NCBI GenBank assembly: GCA_965279375.1
Contig: OZ257156.1
Location: 2,560,001-2,624,000 of the forward strand
Reading direction: 5' to 3'
DNA length: 64,000 nt
Source: Gemmatimonas sp.
GTDB taxonomy: Bacteria; Gemmatimonadota; Gemmatimonadetes; Gemmatimonadales; Gemmatimonadaceae
This document shows, piece after piece, positions 18,057-26,018 of this stretch. The position numbers and the translations under genes were made by a program. Every line of letters starts with the position of its first letter. Position 1 is the stretch's first letter. Below the pieces are notes generated by a model. It was given only the letters and a program-made list of their open reading frames with translations, was not told the origin of the DNA and did not search any database.

Positions 18057-18356
18057 ACACGCCCTCGCCTAATGGAACTGGTGATCGGCCGAACGGCCGG
18101 CCGGTCTGCTGGAATGGAGCGCCACGATAATGGCGGGATGGTGAGCGGTCAACGAAAATTTTCTGGGTTATCGAAAATCCGCAGAATTGTGATGTTTGGG
18201 CACTCTGGACTGTATGGTCCATGTTGCATCCCCGCAACGAAGTGCGGCGACGCAACGCATCATTCTCTACTCCCTTGTCCGAATTCGTCCCGGAATATTT
18301 CGGCGTAAATACCTCAATCACAATTGGTTACGTCGAAATGCAAGCGTGCGGGGCCG

Positions 18357-18373
18357 CTGGGTCGCAATTTGCT
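18357..18373 (+). promoter_or_regulatory. Sigma-54 (-24/-12) promoter of PEP-CTERM gene 2
   Basis: CTGGGTCGCAATTTGCT has GG at 18359-18360, TTGCT at 18369-18373 and exact GG-N10-GC spacing. Confidence 0.6.
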
Positions 18374-18429
18374 CAGGTATGGCACCGACTCTGTTCGCCA
18401 TACCGGTCCCTCCATCTCCTGGTGCACCC

Positions 18430-19104
18430 ATGTCTCGCTCGCTGCTCCGCCGTCTCACTGCCGTCACCGGCGCGCTTCTCCTGACCGCTGCCCCTCAGGT
18501 CGTGTCTGCGCAGACGTGGACCTCCTGGACCTCAGCCAACAACACGGGTGTCTTCGGCAACATCGGGAGCACCACCGTGAACTTCCTCGGCTCGTACGAC
18601 AGCTACGAGAACTCCACCACCGGCTTCAACTACTGGCAGCCGAGTGGCGCGTACACGCAGAACGGTATCGTTGGACCGACCAATCCGGGGCTCATCCGTT
18701 TCCGGTCGAACGGCGGCTCTGGCACGATCACCTTCTCCAGCGCGGTTCTGAACCCGTACATCGCGTTCAACAGCGTCGGACAGGGCGGACTCCCCGTCAC
18801 CTACGACTTCGGGAATTCGGCGTTCACTGTGCTGTCGAACAACAATGCCGGCGGTGCCTACTGGGGCCCTGGCTCGTACACGACCGCCGGTAACGTGCTG
18901 ACCGGCCGCGAATTCAGCGGCGTGGCGCAGTTCTCCGGCGTGTACAACTCCATCACGTTCCGGACATCGGGTGAGAACTGGCACGGGATCACGGTCGGCG
19001 TCGGCAGCACCAGTGTCGTGCCCGAGCCGTCGACCTACGCCCTCATGGCCGCCGGCCTCGCCGGGCTCGGCTTCGTCGCGCGCCGCCGTCGTCGCCAGGG
19101 CTGA
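18430..19104 (+). CDS. PEP-CTERM sorting domain surface protein
   Basis: Signal peptide ending VSAQ, Ser/Thr/Asn/Gly-rich body, VVPEPSTYALMAAGLAGLGFVARRRRRQG. Confidence 0.95.
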   Translation: MSRSLLRRLTAVTGALLLTAAPQVVSAQTWTSWTSANNTGVFGNIGSTTVNFLGSYDSYENSTTGFNYWQPSGAYTQNGIVGPTNPGLIRFRSNGGSGTITFSSAVLNPYIAFNSVGQGGLPVTYDFGNSAFTVLSNNNAGGAYWGPGSYTTAGNVLTGREFSGVAQFSGVYNSITFRTSGENWHGITVGVGSTSVVPEPSTYALMAAGLAGLGFVARRRRRQG

Positions 19105-19184
19105 TCACCCCGACGCATCGCAGATGCTTTCCGCCGCAGCGGCTCTTCGCTGCGGCGTCGCAGGACATAACAGGGCGACATAGC

Positions 19185-19220
19185 GAGACGGAGCGCCGAG
19201 GTCGGGCGCTCCGTTTTCGT
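19185..19220 (+). terminator. Rho-independent terminator
   Basis: ACGGAGCGCC ... GGCGCTCCGT followed by TTTCGT. Confidence 0.75.
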
Positions 19221-19259
19221 TCTCCGGTCAGGCTGCGTGTTCGTGGTCGCCGAGCGCCA

Positions 19260-20351
19260 TCAGGCGCCGACGAGAACCGCCAGCACGTCTGCGTCGCTCA
19301 CGGCGAGGGACCAGCTGCCGTCGCCCGGTTCCATCTCACCGACAGCGCGAGGCAGGGAGTACCGCACAGCTCCGGCGCGGTTCTTCTTGTCACCTCGCGT
19401 CGCGTGCAGCACCGATTCGGCGCTGATTCCGGCAGGGATCGCCGTGGGAAGACCGGCGCGCACCAGCGCCTCACTTACAGCGATCCGCAGTCCGGCCGGC
19501 GCCACCCCCAGCCGCTCGGCCAGCGCTGCCTCCATCACCATGCCGATCGCGACCGCTTCGCCGTGCAGGATGCGATACGCGAGCACGCGCTCGATCGCAT
19601 GGCCGATGGTGTGTCCGAAGTTGAGCGTCTGGCGCAGGCCGTTCTCACGACTGTCCTCCGCGACCACGGCTGCCTTGATGCGGACGCTTCCCGCGATGAG
19701 CGTCGCCAGGGCGTCCGCGTGCGCGCCGTGGGCGGCGACGTCGGGTAGCGCACGGAGCGTAGCGTCGAAGTAGCTCGCGTCGGCGATGACGCCGTGCTTG
19801 ATGATTTCGGCCAAGCCGCTGCGCAGGTCGGCGGGCGGCAGCGTGGCGAGCACAGTGGGGTCCATGAGGACCGCGCTCGGGTTGTGGAACGCGCCCACAA
19901 GATTCTTGCCCTGCGGCGTATCGACCGCCGTCTTGCCGCCCACGGATGCGTCCACCATGGAAAGCAGCGTGGTGGGGATCTGCACCACCGGCACACCACG
20001 CATGAACGTCGCCGCCACGAAGCCCGCGAGATCTCCGATGACGCCACCGCCGAGCGCGATGACCGTGGTGTCGCGGCCGGCGCCCCATTCGAGGAGTGCG
20101 TCCGTCAGCTCGCCCCACCGTGCGCGTGTCTTCTCGTGTTCGCCGGGCGGAATGGTGAACAGGCGCGAACGGTCGACGGGAAGCTGCGCCAGAAGCGACG
20201 CCGCATGCAGCGACGCGACCTGCGTGTCGGAGATCAGCGCGTACCGGTGCGCGGGCGCGGCCTGTTCGACGATGCGGTGCAGCTGCGCGAGGATGTCACG
20301 CTCGACGTAGACCGGATAGTCGAGCGGGACGTCGAGCGGCCGGCCGGACAC
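19260..20351 (-). CDS. aroB: 3-dehydroquinate synthase
   Basis: ALGGGVIGDLAGF, PTTLLSMVDASVGGKT, LNFGHTIGHAIE, LHGEAVAIGM. Confidence 0.97.
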   Translation of the reverse strand: MSGRPLDVPLDYPVYVERDILAQLHRIVEQAAPAHRYALISDTQVASLHAASLLAQLPVDRSRLFTIPPGEHEKTRARWGELTDALLEWGAGRDTTVIALGGGVIGDLAGFVAATFMRGVPVVQIPTTLLSMVDASVGGKTAVDTPQGKNLVGAFHNPSAVLMDPTVLATLPPADLRSGLAEIIKHGVIADASYFDATLRALPDVAAHGAHADALATLIAGSVRIKAAVVAEDSRENGLRQTLNFGHTIGHAIERVLAYRILHGEAVAIGMVMEAALAERLGVAPAGLRIAVSEALVRAGLPTAIPAGISAESVLHATRGDKKNRAGAVRYSLPRAVGEMEPGDGSWSLAVSDADVLAVLVGA

Positions 20352-20896
20352 TACCAGGTCACCTCGCCGGCGCCGGCGCGGCGATTGGCGACGCGCGCCA
20401 GCATGAACAGCAGATCAGACAGGCGGTTGAGATAGATCACCGTGAGCGTGGGGAGCTCGATTTCCTGCGCGAGATGCACGACGCGACGCTCGGCGCGGCG
20501 ACAAACCGTGCGGGCTACATGTAGCGCGGCCGCCTTGGGGGTGCCGCCCGGGATGATGAAGCTGCGCAGCGGCTCGAGTTCCTGTTCGCAGGCGTCGATG
20601 GCGCGCTCCAACTCTTCGATGCGCCCTTCGTCGATGCGGGCCTTGGTGAGCTGCTCGCGCATCTTGTCGTGGTCGGGCGTGGCGAGCAGCGCGCCGATCG
20701 CGAACAGGTCGCGCTGCACCGGCACGAGCACTTCGTCGATGCGCGGCATCATATCGATGGAGCGCGCGAGCCCCAGCGCGGCATTGAGCTCGTCCACGTC
20801 GCCGTAGGCTTCGACGCGCGGATGGTCCTTGCCGACGCGACCGCCGCCGAACAGCGCCGTCGCTCCTTCGTCTCCGGTTCTCGTGTAGATCTTCAT
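20351..20896 (-). CDS. pduO: Cob(I)alamin adenosyltransferase, PduO type
   Basis: MKIYTRTGDEG, YGDVDELNA, RTVCRRAER, YLNRLSDLLF. Confidence 0.95.
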   Translation of the reverse strand: MKIYTRTGDEGATALFGGGRVGKDHPRVEAYGDVDELNAALGLARSIDMMPRIDEVLVPVQRDLFAIGALLATPDHDKMREQLTKARIDEGRIEELERAIDACEQELEPLRSFIIPGGTPKAAALHVARTVCRRAERRVVHLAQEIELPTLTVIYLNRLSDLLFMLARVANRRAGAGEVTW

Positions 20897-20948
20897 GGCG
20901 CGAAAGGTAATGGCTGAAACGGGAATACCGAGTCGTTATCTTTTGGCG

Positions 20949-21980
20949 ATGCCTACCCATCCACTGACCGACATCACCATCATTGGCGGCGGCCCGACCG
21001 GCCTGTTCGCTCTATTCTACGCTGGCATGCGCGGCGCCACGGCGCAGCTGGTCGACGCGCTGCCCGAGCTGGGCGGCCAGCTGACTGCGCTCTACCCGGA
21101 GAAGTACATCTTCGACGTAGCCGGCTATCCGAAAGTGTTGGCAAAAGACCTGGTGAAGTCGCTGCGCGAGCAGGCGTCCCAGTTCCATCCGAATGGCTTG
21201 CCGGCGCATCTGGGCCAGCGCGTCATCGGGCTCGAGGAAGAGGACGGGCATTTCGTGCTCGTGACCGAGACGGATCGTTACCCGACGCGCTCAGTGGTGA
21301 TCGCCGCAGGCATCGGCGCATTTCGTCCGCGGCGGCTGCCGCAGGCGTTCGCCGAGTCGTGGTATGGACGCGGCGTGCACGAGCTGGTGTCGACGCCTGA
21401 GGCGTATCGCGATCAGCATGTCGTGATCATCGGTGGCGGCGACTCGGCGTTCGATTGGTGCGCACAGCTGCGTGATCGCGCGGCCTCGGTCACGCTCGTC
21501 CATCGCAGCGACCGGTTCCGCGCGCACGCGGCAACGGTGTCCGAAGTGCAGGCGGCGGCTGCCGTGGGCGATGGCAAGGTGAACATCCACACGTTCCACG
21601 AGCTCGATGCGATCCATGGCGACGATCGCCTGGAGGGCATCCGCCTCAAGGACGTGAAGGCCAAGACCACGCGTGAAGTTCGCGCCGACGTCGTGTTGCC
21701 GATGCTCGGCTACGTGAGCGATCTGGGCGCGCTGCTGGAGTGGGGACTCAACATCGAGAAGGATGAGATTCTCGTCTCGAGCACGATGGATACCGGTCGC
21801 CCCGGTGTATACGCCGCCGGCGACATCACTACCTATCCGGGCAAGCTCAAGCTGATTGCGTCAGGCTTCGGCGAGGCGGCGGTGGCGGTGAACCAGGCGG
21901 TGCACTGGATCTATCCCGACAAGAAGGTCGCGCCGGGGCACAGCTCAAACCTCGCGATTTTCGGACAGAAGGACGACTAA
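20949..21980 (+). CDS. Ferredoxin-NADP(+) reductase, thioredoxin-reductase-like (YumC type)
   Basis: IIGGGPTG, GGQLTALYPEKYIFDVAG, GGGDSAFDW, YPGKLKLI, GHSS; no CxxC. Confidence 0.9.
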   Translation: MPTHPLTDITIIGGGPTGLFALFYAGMRGATAQLVDALPELGGQLTALYPEKYIFDVAGYPKVLAKDLVKSLREQASQFHPNGLPAHLGQRVIGLEEEDGHFVLVTETDRYPTRSVVIAAGIGAFRPRRLPQAFAESWYGRGVHELVSTPEAYRDQHVVIIGGGDSAFDWCAQLRDRAASVTLVHRSDRFRAHAATVSEVQAAAAVGDGKVNIHTFHELDAIHGDDRLEGIRLKDVKAKTTREVRADVVLPMLGYVSDLGALLEWGLNIEKDEILVSSTMDTGRPGVYAAGDITTYPGKLKLIASGFGEAAVAVNQAVHWIYPDKKVAPGHSSNLAIFGQKDD

Positions 21981-21991
21981 AACGAAGCGCT

Positions 21992-22021
21992 GCCGAGCGG
22001 ACGATGGTGCGTTCGCTCGGC
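21992..22021. terminator. Hairpin between convergent genes
   Basis: GCCGAGCGGACG-ATGGTG-CGTTCGCTCGGC; no clear U-tail. Confidence 0.5.
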
Positions 22022-22030
22022 CGCGTGGGA

Positions 22031-22948
22031 TCAGACGCGAACGCGCGGATCCACGCGTTGGTAGGCGAGATCGGTGAGCAGGTTCACGAGTACGAACACC
22101 ACCGACAGGAACAGCACGGCGCCTTGCACTGCCGGAAGGTCGCGGCGCGAGATCGCCATCACGACATAGCGGCCGATGCCGGGCCAGCTGAAGATCGTCT
22201 CCGTGAGGATGCTGCCGGTGAGGTACGCGCCGAAGTCCAGGCCGATCACCGTGACTACCGGAATGAGCGCATTTCGGAGCGCGTGCCGTGTGATGACGGC
22301 GCGCTCGGTCAGCCCTTTGGCGCGCGCCGTGCGCACGAAGTCGGCGTTGAGTACTTCGAGCATCGCCGACCGCGTCACTCGGGCCAGATACGCGATGGAA
22401 CGTGACCCCAGCGCCAGCGCCGGCAACACGAGGAACTCCCATCGCCCGTAGCCTGAGGCCGGGAGCCAGCGCAGAGTGACCGCGAAGAGCACGATGAGCA
22501 GCAATCCGACCCAATAGACGGGAAACGAAATCCCGAGGTAGGTGAGGCCGAGGGCGAGTCGGTCGAACCAGCTATTGGGTTTGATGGCGGCCAGAACGCC
22601 GACGGTAACGCCGGTGAGCGTCGCGAGGAGCATTGCCGCCGTGGCCAGGAGCAGCGTCCGGGGGAAGCGCTCCGCGATGTCGCTGATGATCGGCCGATTG
22701 GTGATGTACGAGCGACCAAGGTCGCCCGACAGGACGCCGCCGGCATAATGCGCGAACTGGACCGGGAGCGGGTCGTCCAGACGGAGCTCGGCGCGCAGGC
22801 GGGCGATCGTGGCCGGGTCGGCGCGCTCGCCCACCATCGCCTGCACCGGGTCACCCGGCGCGACGTAGAGGAGCAGGAAGACGACGACGAGGACGCCGAC
22901 GAGCGTAGGGACGGACAGCAGCAGCCGTCGGCCGAGGAGGACGAGCAT
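22031..22948 (-). CDS. Peptide/nickel ABC transporter permease (DppB/OppB family)
   Basis: PGDP, GDLGRS, EAA-like RTARAKGL, HALRNA, ETIFSWPGIG, DPRVR. Confidence 0.93.
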   Translation of the reverse strand: MLVLLGRRLLLSVPTLVGVLVVVFLLLYVAPGDPVQAMVGERADPATIARLRAELRLDDPLPVQFAHYAGGVLSGDLGRSYITNRPIISDIAERFPRTLLLATAAMLLATLTGVTVGVLAAIKPNSWFDRLALGLTYLGISFPVYWVGLLLIVLFAVTLRWLPASGYGRWEFLVLPALALGSRSIAYLARVTRSAMLEVLNADFVRTARAKGLTERAVITRHALRNALIPVVTVIGLDFGAYLTGSILTETIFSWPGIGRYVVMAISRRDLPAVQGAVLFLSVVFVLVNLLTDLAYQRVDPRVRV

Positions 22949-23060
22949 CCCGGGAATGTAAGTGTCACGCGGCGGATGTTCGAATCGTCATTTCCCGGAA
23001 GTCTTCTTGCCGCGTGGCTTCACGCCGCATCGTCGCTCCTGCGCCACGACCTCGACATTC

Positions 23061-24254
23061 ATGTTCTTTCGCAAGTCCGGCTCGCCGCCGAATCCCGCCG
23101 CGTCAACCTCGTCATCGCCCGCACTGCATCTCGTGAAAGACGATGCCGCGACGGCGATCGGCTCGTCCACACATGGCAACGGTGCGCACGACGCCTCGTC
23201 GGATCTCGGTCTCGTGCTGGACGCGCTAGGCAACATTCTTGCGACGTACGCGCGCTACACGTTCGACTTGCCCGACCGTAGCGCGGAAGAGTCCACAACG
23301 GAGCTCACGCGTTGGCAGCGTCACGCGACGCTGGGCGTGCCGTTGACGACCGATGCCGGCGCGACGGCGCTGGGGGTGCACCCGCGTGACTGGACGGGTG
23401 TTGTCCGCAGCTTCGCCTCGCAGCGTCGCGATGAGAAGCAGTACGTGGACACGGCGATGGGCGATTTGCGTGAAGCGCTCTGGGCGTGCATTCAGACGGT
23501 GCACAACGCGGTGCGCACGGACGTGGCGACGGACATGACGGTCGCCGTGCAGATGCAGCGCGCGCATTCGGCGATCGACTCGATGCAGCTGGGCACGATC
23601 AAGGACGAGGTGCTGGGCGCCATCACGACGATCGGCAACGCCTTGGCGACCAAGCGGAGCGCGCAGGAGGCACAGTACAAGTCGCTGGCGGAACACCTCG
23701 ACACGCTGCGGGACGAGTTGGCGGAGGCGCGGCGCGACAGCACGACCGATGCGCTGACCGGCCTTGGTAATCGCAAGCTGTTCGACGTGTCGTTGGCGCG
23801 AACGATCGAGTTCAACACGCTCAGCCGCACGCCGGTGTCGTTGTTGATGATCGACGTGGACTCGCTCAAGAAGATCAACGACACCTACGGGCATCAGGGC
23901 GGCGACCACGCGATCGTCACCGTGTCGAACTGTCTGTCCAAGGTGTTCCTGCGCCAGACCGACACGCTCTGCCGCTTCGGTGGCGATGAGTTCGCGGCGA
24001 TTCTGCACAACACGGACGAGGCGATGGCGACTACGCTGGCCAAGCGTCTTGTCGGGTTGGTTGGCGACCAGGCGATGCCGGTGGGGATGGACCAGACGAT
24101 CGGCGTGTCGGTGGGGCTCGCGGAGATTGGTCCGCTGGACGATGCGGCGTCGTGGGTGGCGCGCGCGGACCAGGCGCTCTACGAGGCCAAGCAGCAGGGA
24201 CGAGCGCGCGTGGTCGTGGCGCCGCGTTCGACGGCCTCCACGACCACGGAATAG
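23061..24254 (+). CDS. Diguanylate cyclase (GGDEF) with helical N-terminal region
   Basis: DALTGLGNR, INDTYGHQGGD, I-site RQTD, RFGGDEF, ADQALYEAK. Confidence 0.92.
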   Translation: MFFRKSGSPPNPAASTSSSPALHLVKDDAATAIGSSTHGNGAHDASSDLGLVLDALGNILATYARYTFDLPDRSAEESTTELTRWQRHATLGVPLTTDAGATALGVHPRDWTGVVRSFASQRRDEKQYVDTAMGDLREALWACIQTVHNAVRTDVATDMTVAVQMQRAHSAIDSMQLGTIKDEVLGAITTIGNALATKRSAQEAQYKSLAEHLDTLRDELAEARRDSTTDALTGLGNRKLFDVSLARTIEFNTLSRTPVSLLMIDVDSLKKINDTYGHQGGDHAIVTVSNCLSKVFLRQTDTLCRFGGDEFAAILHNTDEAMATTLAKRLVGLVGDQAMPVGMDQTIGVSVGLAEIGPLDDAASWVARADQALYEAKQQGRARVVVAPRSTASTTTE

Positions 24255-24263
24255 CGCGAAGGG

Positions 24264-25853
24264 CTACGGCTTGCTGGCGCCGAGGGTGACCTTGGTCCAG
24301 CGCTGCCCGTTGAAGATGACGGGCACTTCGAAGCCCTGCACCCACGGCTGGATGGCGTAGAGCTCGTTGTAGAATAAGAGCGGCACGAGTCCCATCTGAC
24401 CGTACGCGACGGAGTCTGCCTGCCGATAGAGCGCGGCGCGCTTGGTGGCGACCGATTCGCGACGGGAGGCATCGACGAGGCGATCGAAGGTGGTATCGCT
24501 GAAGAACGACACGTTGCCGCCTGCGCCGCGATTGACCGTGTGCAGCAGCGGATACAGAAAGTTTTCGGCGTCGGGGTAGTCGGCGTACCAATCCTTGAGC
24601 ACCAGATCGGTCCGCCCGGCCCGAGCGGCGGCGCGCATGGCGCTCGCATCGCGCTGCACGATCTTCACGCGAATGCCCGCTGCGCCCAGATAGGCCTGCA
24701 TCGTTTGCGCGATGCGCGGGAAGGGTGCGGACTGCGAGCACCAGAGTTCGAGGTCGACGCCGTTGGGGAAGCCGGCGTCGGCGAGTGCCTTCCGGGCGGC
24801 CGTGCTGTCATACGGGATGATCTGGCGGGTGGTATCCGCGCCTTCGAGCGACGGCGGAATGACACCGGCGGCGACGCGACCACGGCCAGCCAGCAGCTGC
24901 TTGAGCAGCGCGGGGACGTCGAGTGCCTGCGCAATCGCACGACGGACGCGCACGTCCTTGAGCGGACCGCGGGTGGTGTTGACGCCCACGTACCAGAGGC
25001 GAAGTGCGGGCGCCGAGGTGAGGCGCGCCTGCCGCGCATCGGTGTCTTCCCAGGCGCGAGTCTGGTCTTCAGGCACGTACAGAATATCCACCGTACCGCT
25101 CTCGAACTCGGCGACAGCGGTGGAGGGCTCGGGGATGATGCGGGCGAGCAGCGTGTCGATGGTGGGCGCGCCACCGAAGTAGCTGGGATTGCGCGCGAAC
25201 TTCACGTAGTCGTCGTGCTTCCATTCGACGAGGCGCCACGGTCCGGTGCCAATCGGCTTCTCGCTGAAGTCGGCGCCGGTGGAGTCGGGTACGATCGACG
25301 CGACGGGCATCGCCAGCAGCTTGGGGAAGATCGCGAACGGTTCTTCGAGCGTGATGACGACCGTGGAGTCATTGGGAGTGTCGATGCCGAGTGCGGTGCT
25401 CTTGCCGTCGGCGTAGGCGCGCGCGCCCTTGATCGGGTAGAGCGGCCAGACTTGTCCGCCCTTGGAGGTGGGGTCGAGCACGCGCTTGAAGGACTGAACG
25501 ACGTGACGGGCGAGAAAGGGCTTGCCGTCGTGGAAGCTGACGCCTTGGCGCAGATGGAAGGTGTACTGCAGCCCATCGGGGCTGACGTCCCAGCGGGTGG
25601 CGAGAGCGGCTTCGACTTGTGCGCCGGGCGTGAATCGCGTCAGTCCGTCGAAGAGATATGCGACGGCACGTCCGGTGGGCACGTCGGTTGAGCGCGCGGG
25701 ATCGAGCGAGCGCGGGTCATACCAATCGCGCGAGTCGATGAGCGTGTGGCGATCCCCGACGGGATCTGCGCGACGGCAGCCGGCGACGAGCGCAACGAGC
25801 AGTACAGTGACGTGCATTCCCGAGCGGAATGCGTGTGCGCGAGAAAGGCGCAT
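24264..25853 (-). CDS. Peptide ABC transporter substrate-binding lipoprotein (DppA/OppA family 5)
   Basis: Lipobox LVAGC, SLDPA, YTFHLRQGVSFHDG, PIGTGPW. Start uncertain. Confidence 0.9.
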   Translation of the reverse strand: MRLSRAHAFRSGMHVTVLLVALVAGCRRADPVGDRHTLIDSRDWYDPRSLDPARSTDVPTGRAVAYLFDGLTRFTPGAQVEAALATRWDVSPDGLQYTFHLRQGVSFHDGKPFLARHVVQSFKRVLDPTSKGGQVWPLYPIKGARAYADGKSTALGIDTPNDSTVVITLEEPFAIFPKLLAMPVASIVPDSTGADFSEKPIGTGPWRLVEWKHDDYVKFARNPSYFGGAPTIDTLLARIIPEPSTAVAEFESGTVDILYVPEDQTRAWEDTDARQARLTSAPALRLWYVGVNTTRGPLKDVRVRRAIAQALDVPALLKQLLAGRGRVAAGVIPPSLEGADTTRQIIPYDSTAARKALADAGFPNGVDLELWCSQSAPFPRIAQTMQAYLGAAGIRVKIVQRDASAMRAAARAGRTDLVLKDWYADYPDAENFLYPLLHTVNRGAGGNVSFFSDTTFDRLVDASRRESVATKRAALYRQADSVAYGQMGLVPLLFYNELYAIQPWVQGFEVPVIFNGQRWTKVTLGASKP

Positions 25854-26018
25854 ATCGTGGTTGACTGAGGGCGAGAGGCGGACGACCTTTCCGGTGCAAT
25901 CTACCGAGGGAAGGGGCCAACGTCCCGGTGCTATCCAACGCCACGTTTTCTGCATTCTCTGCGCCTGCCAATATTCGCCGCCGTTTCCGCGGTTCGACGT
26001 GTCGCGGCGCGACGACTC

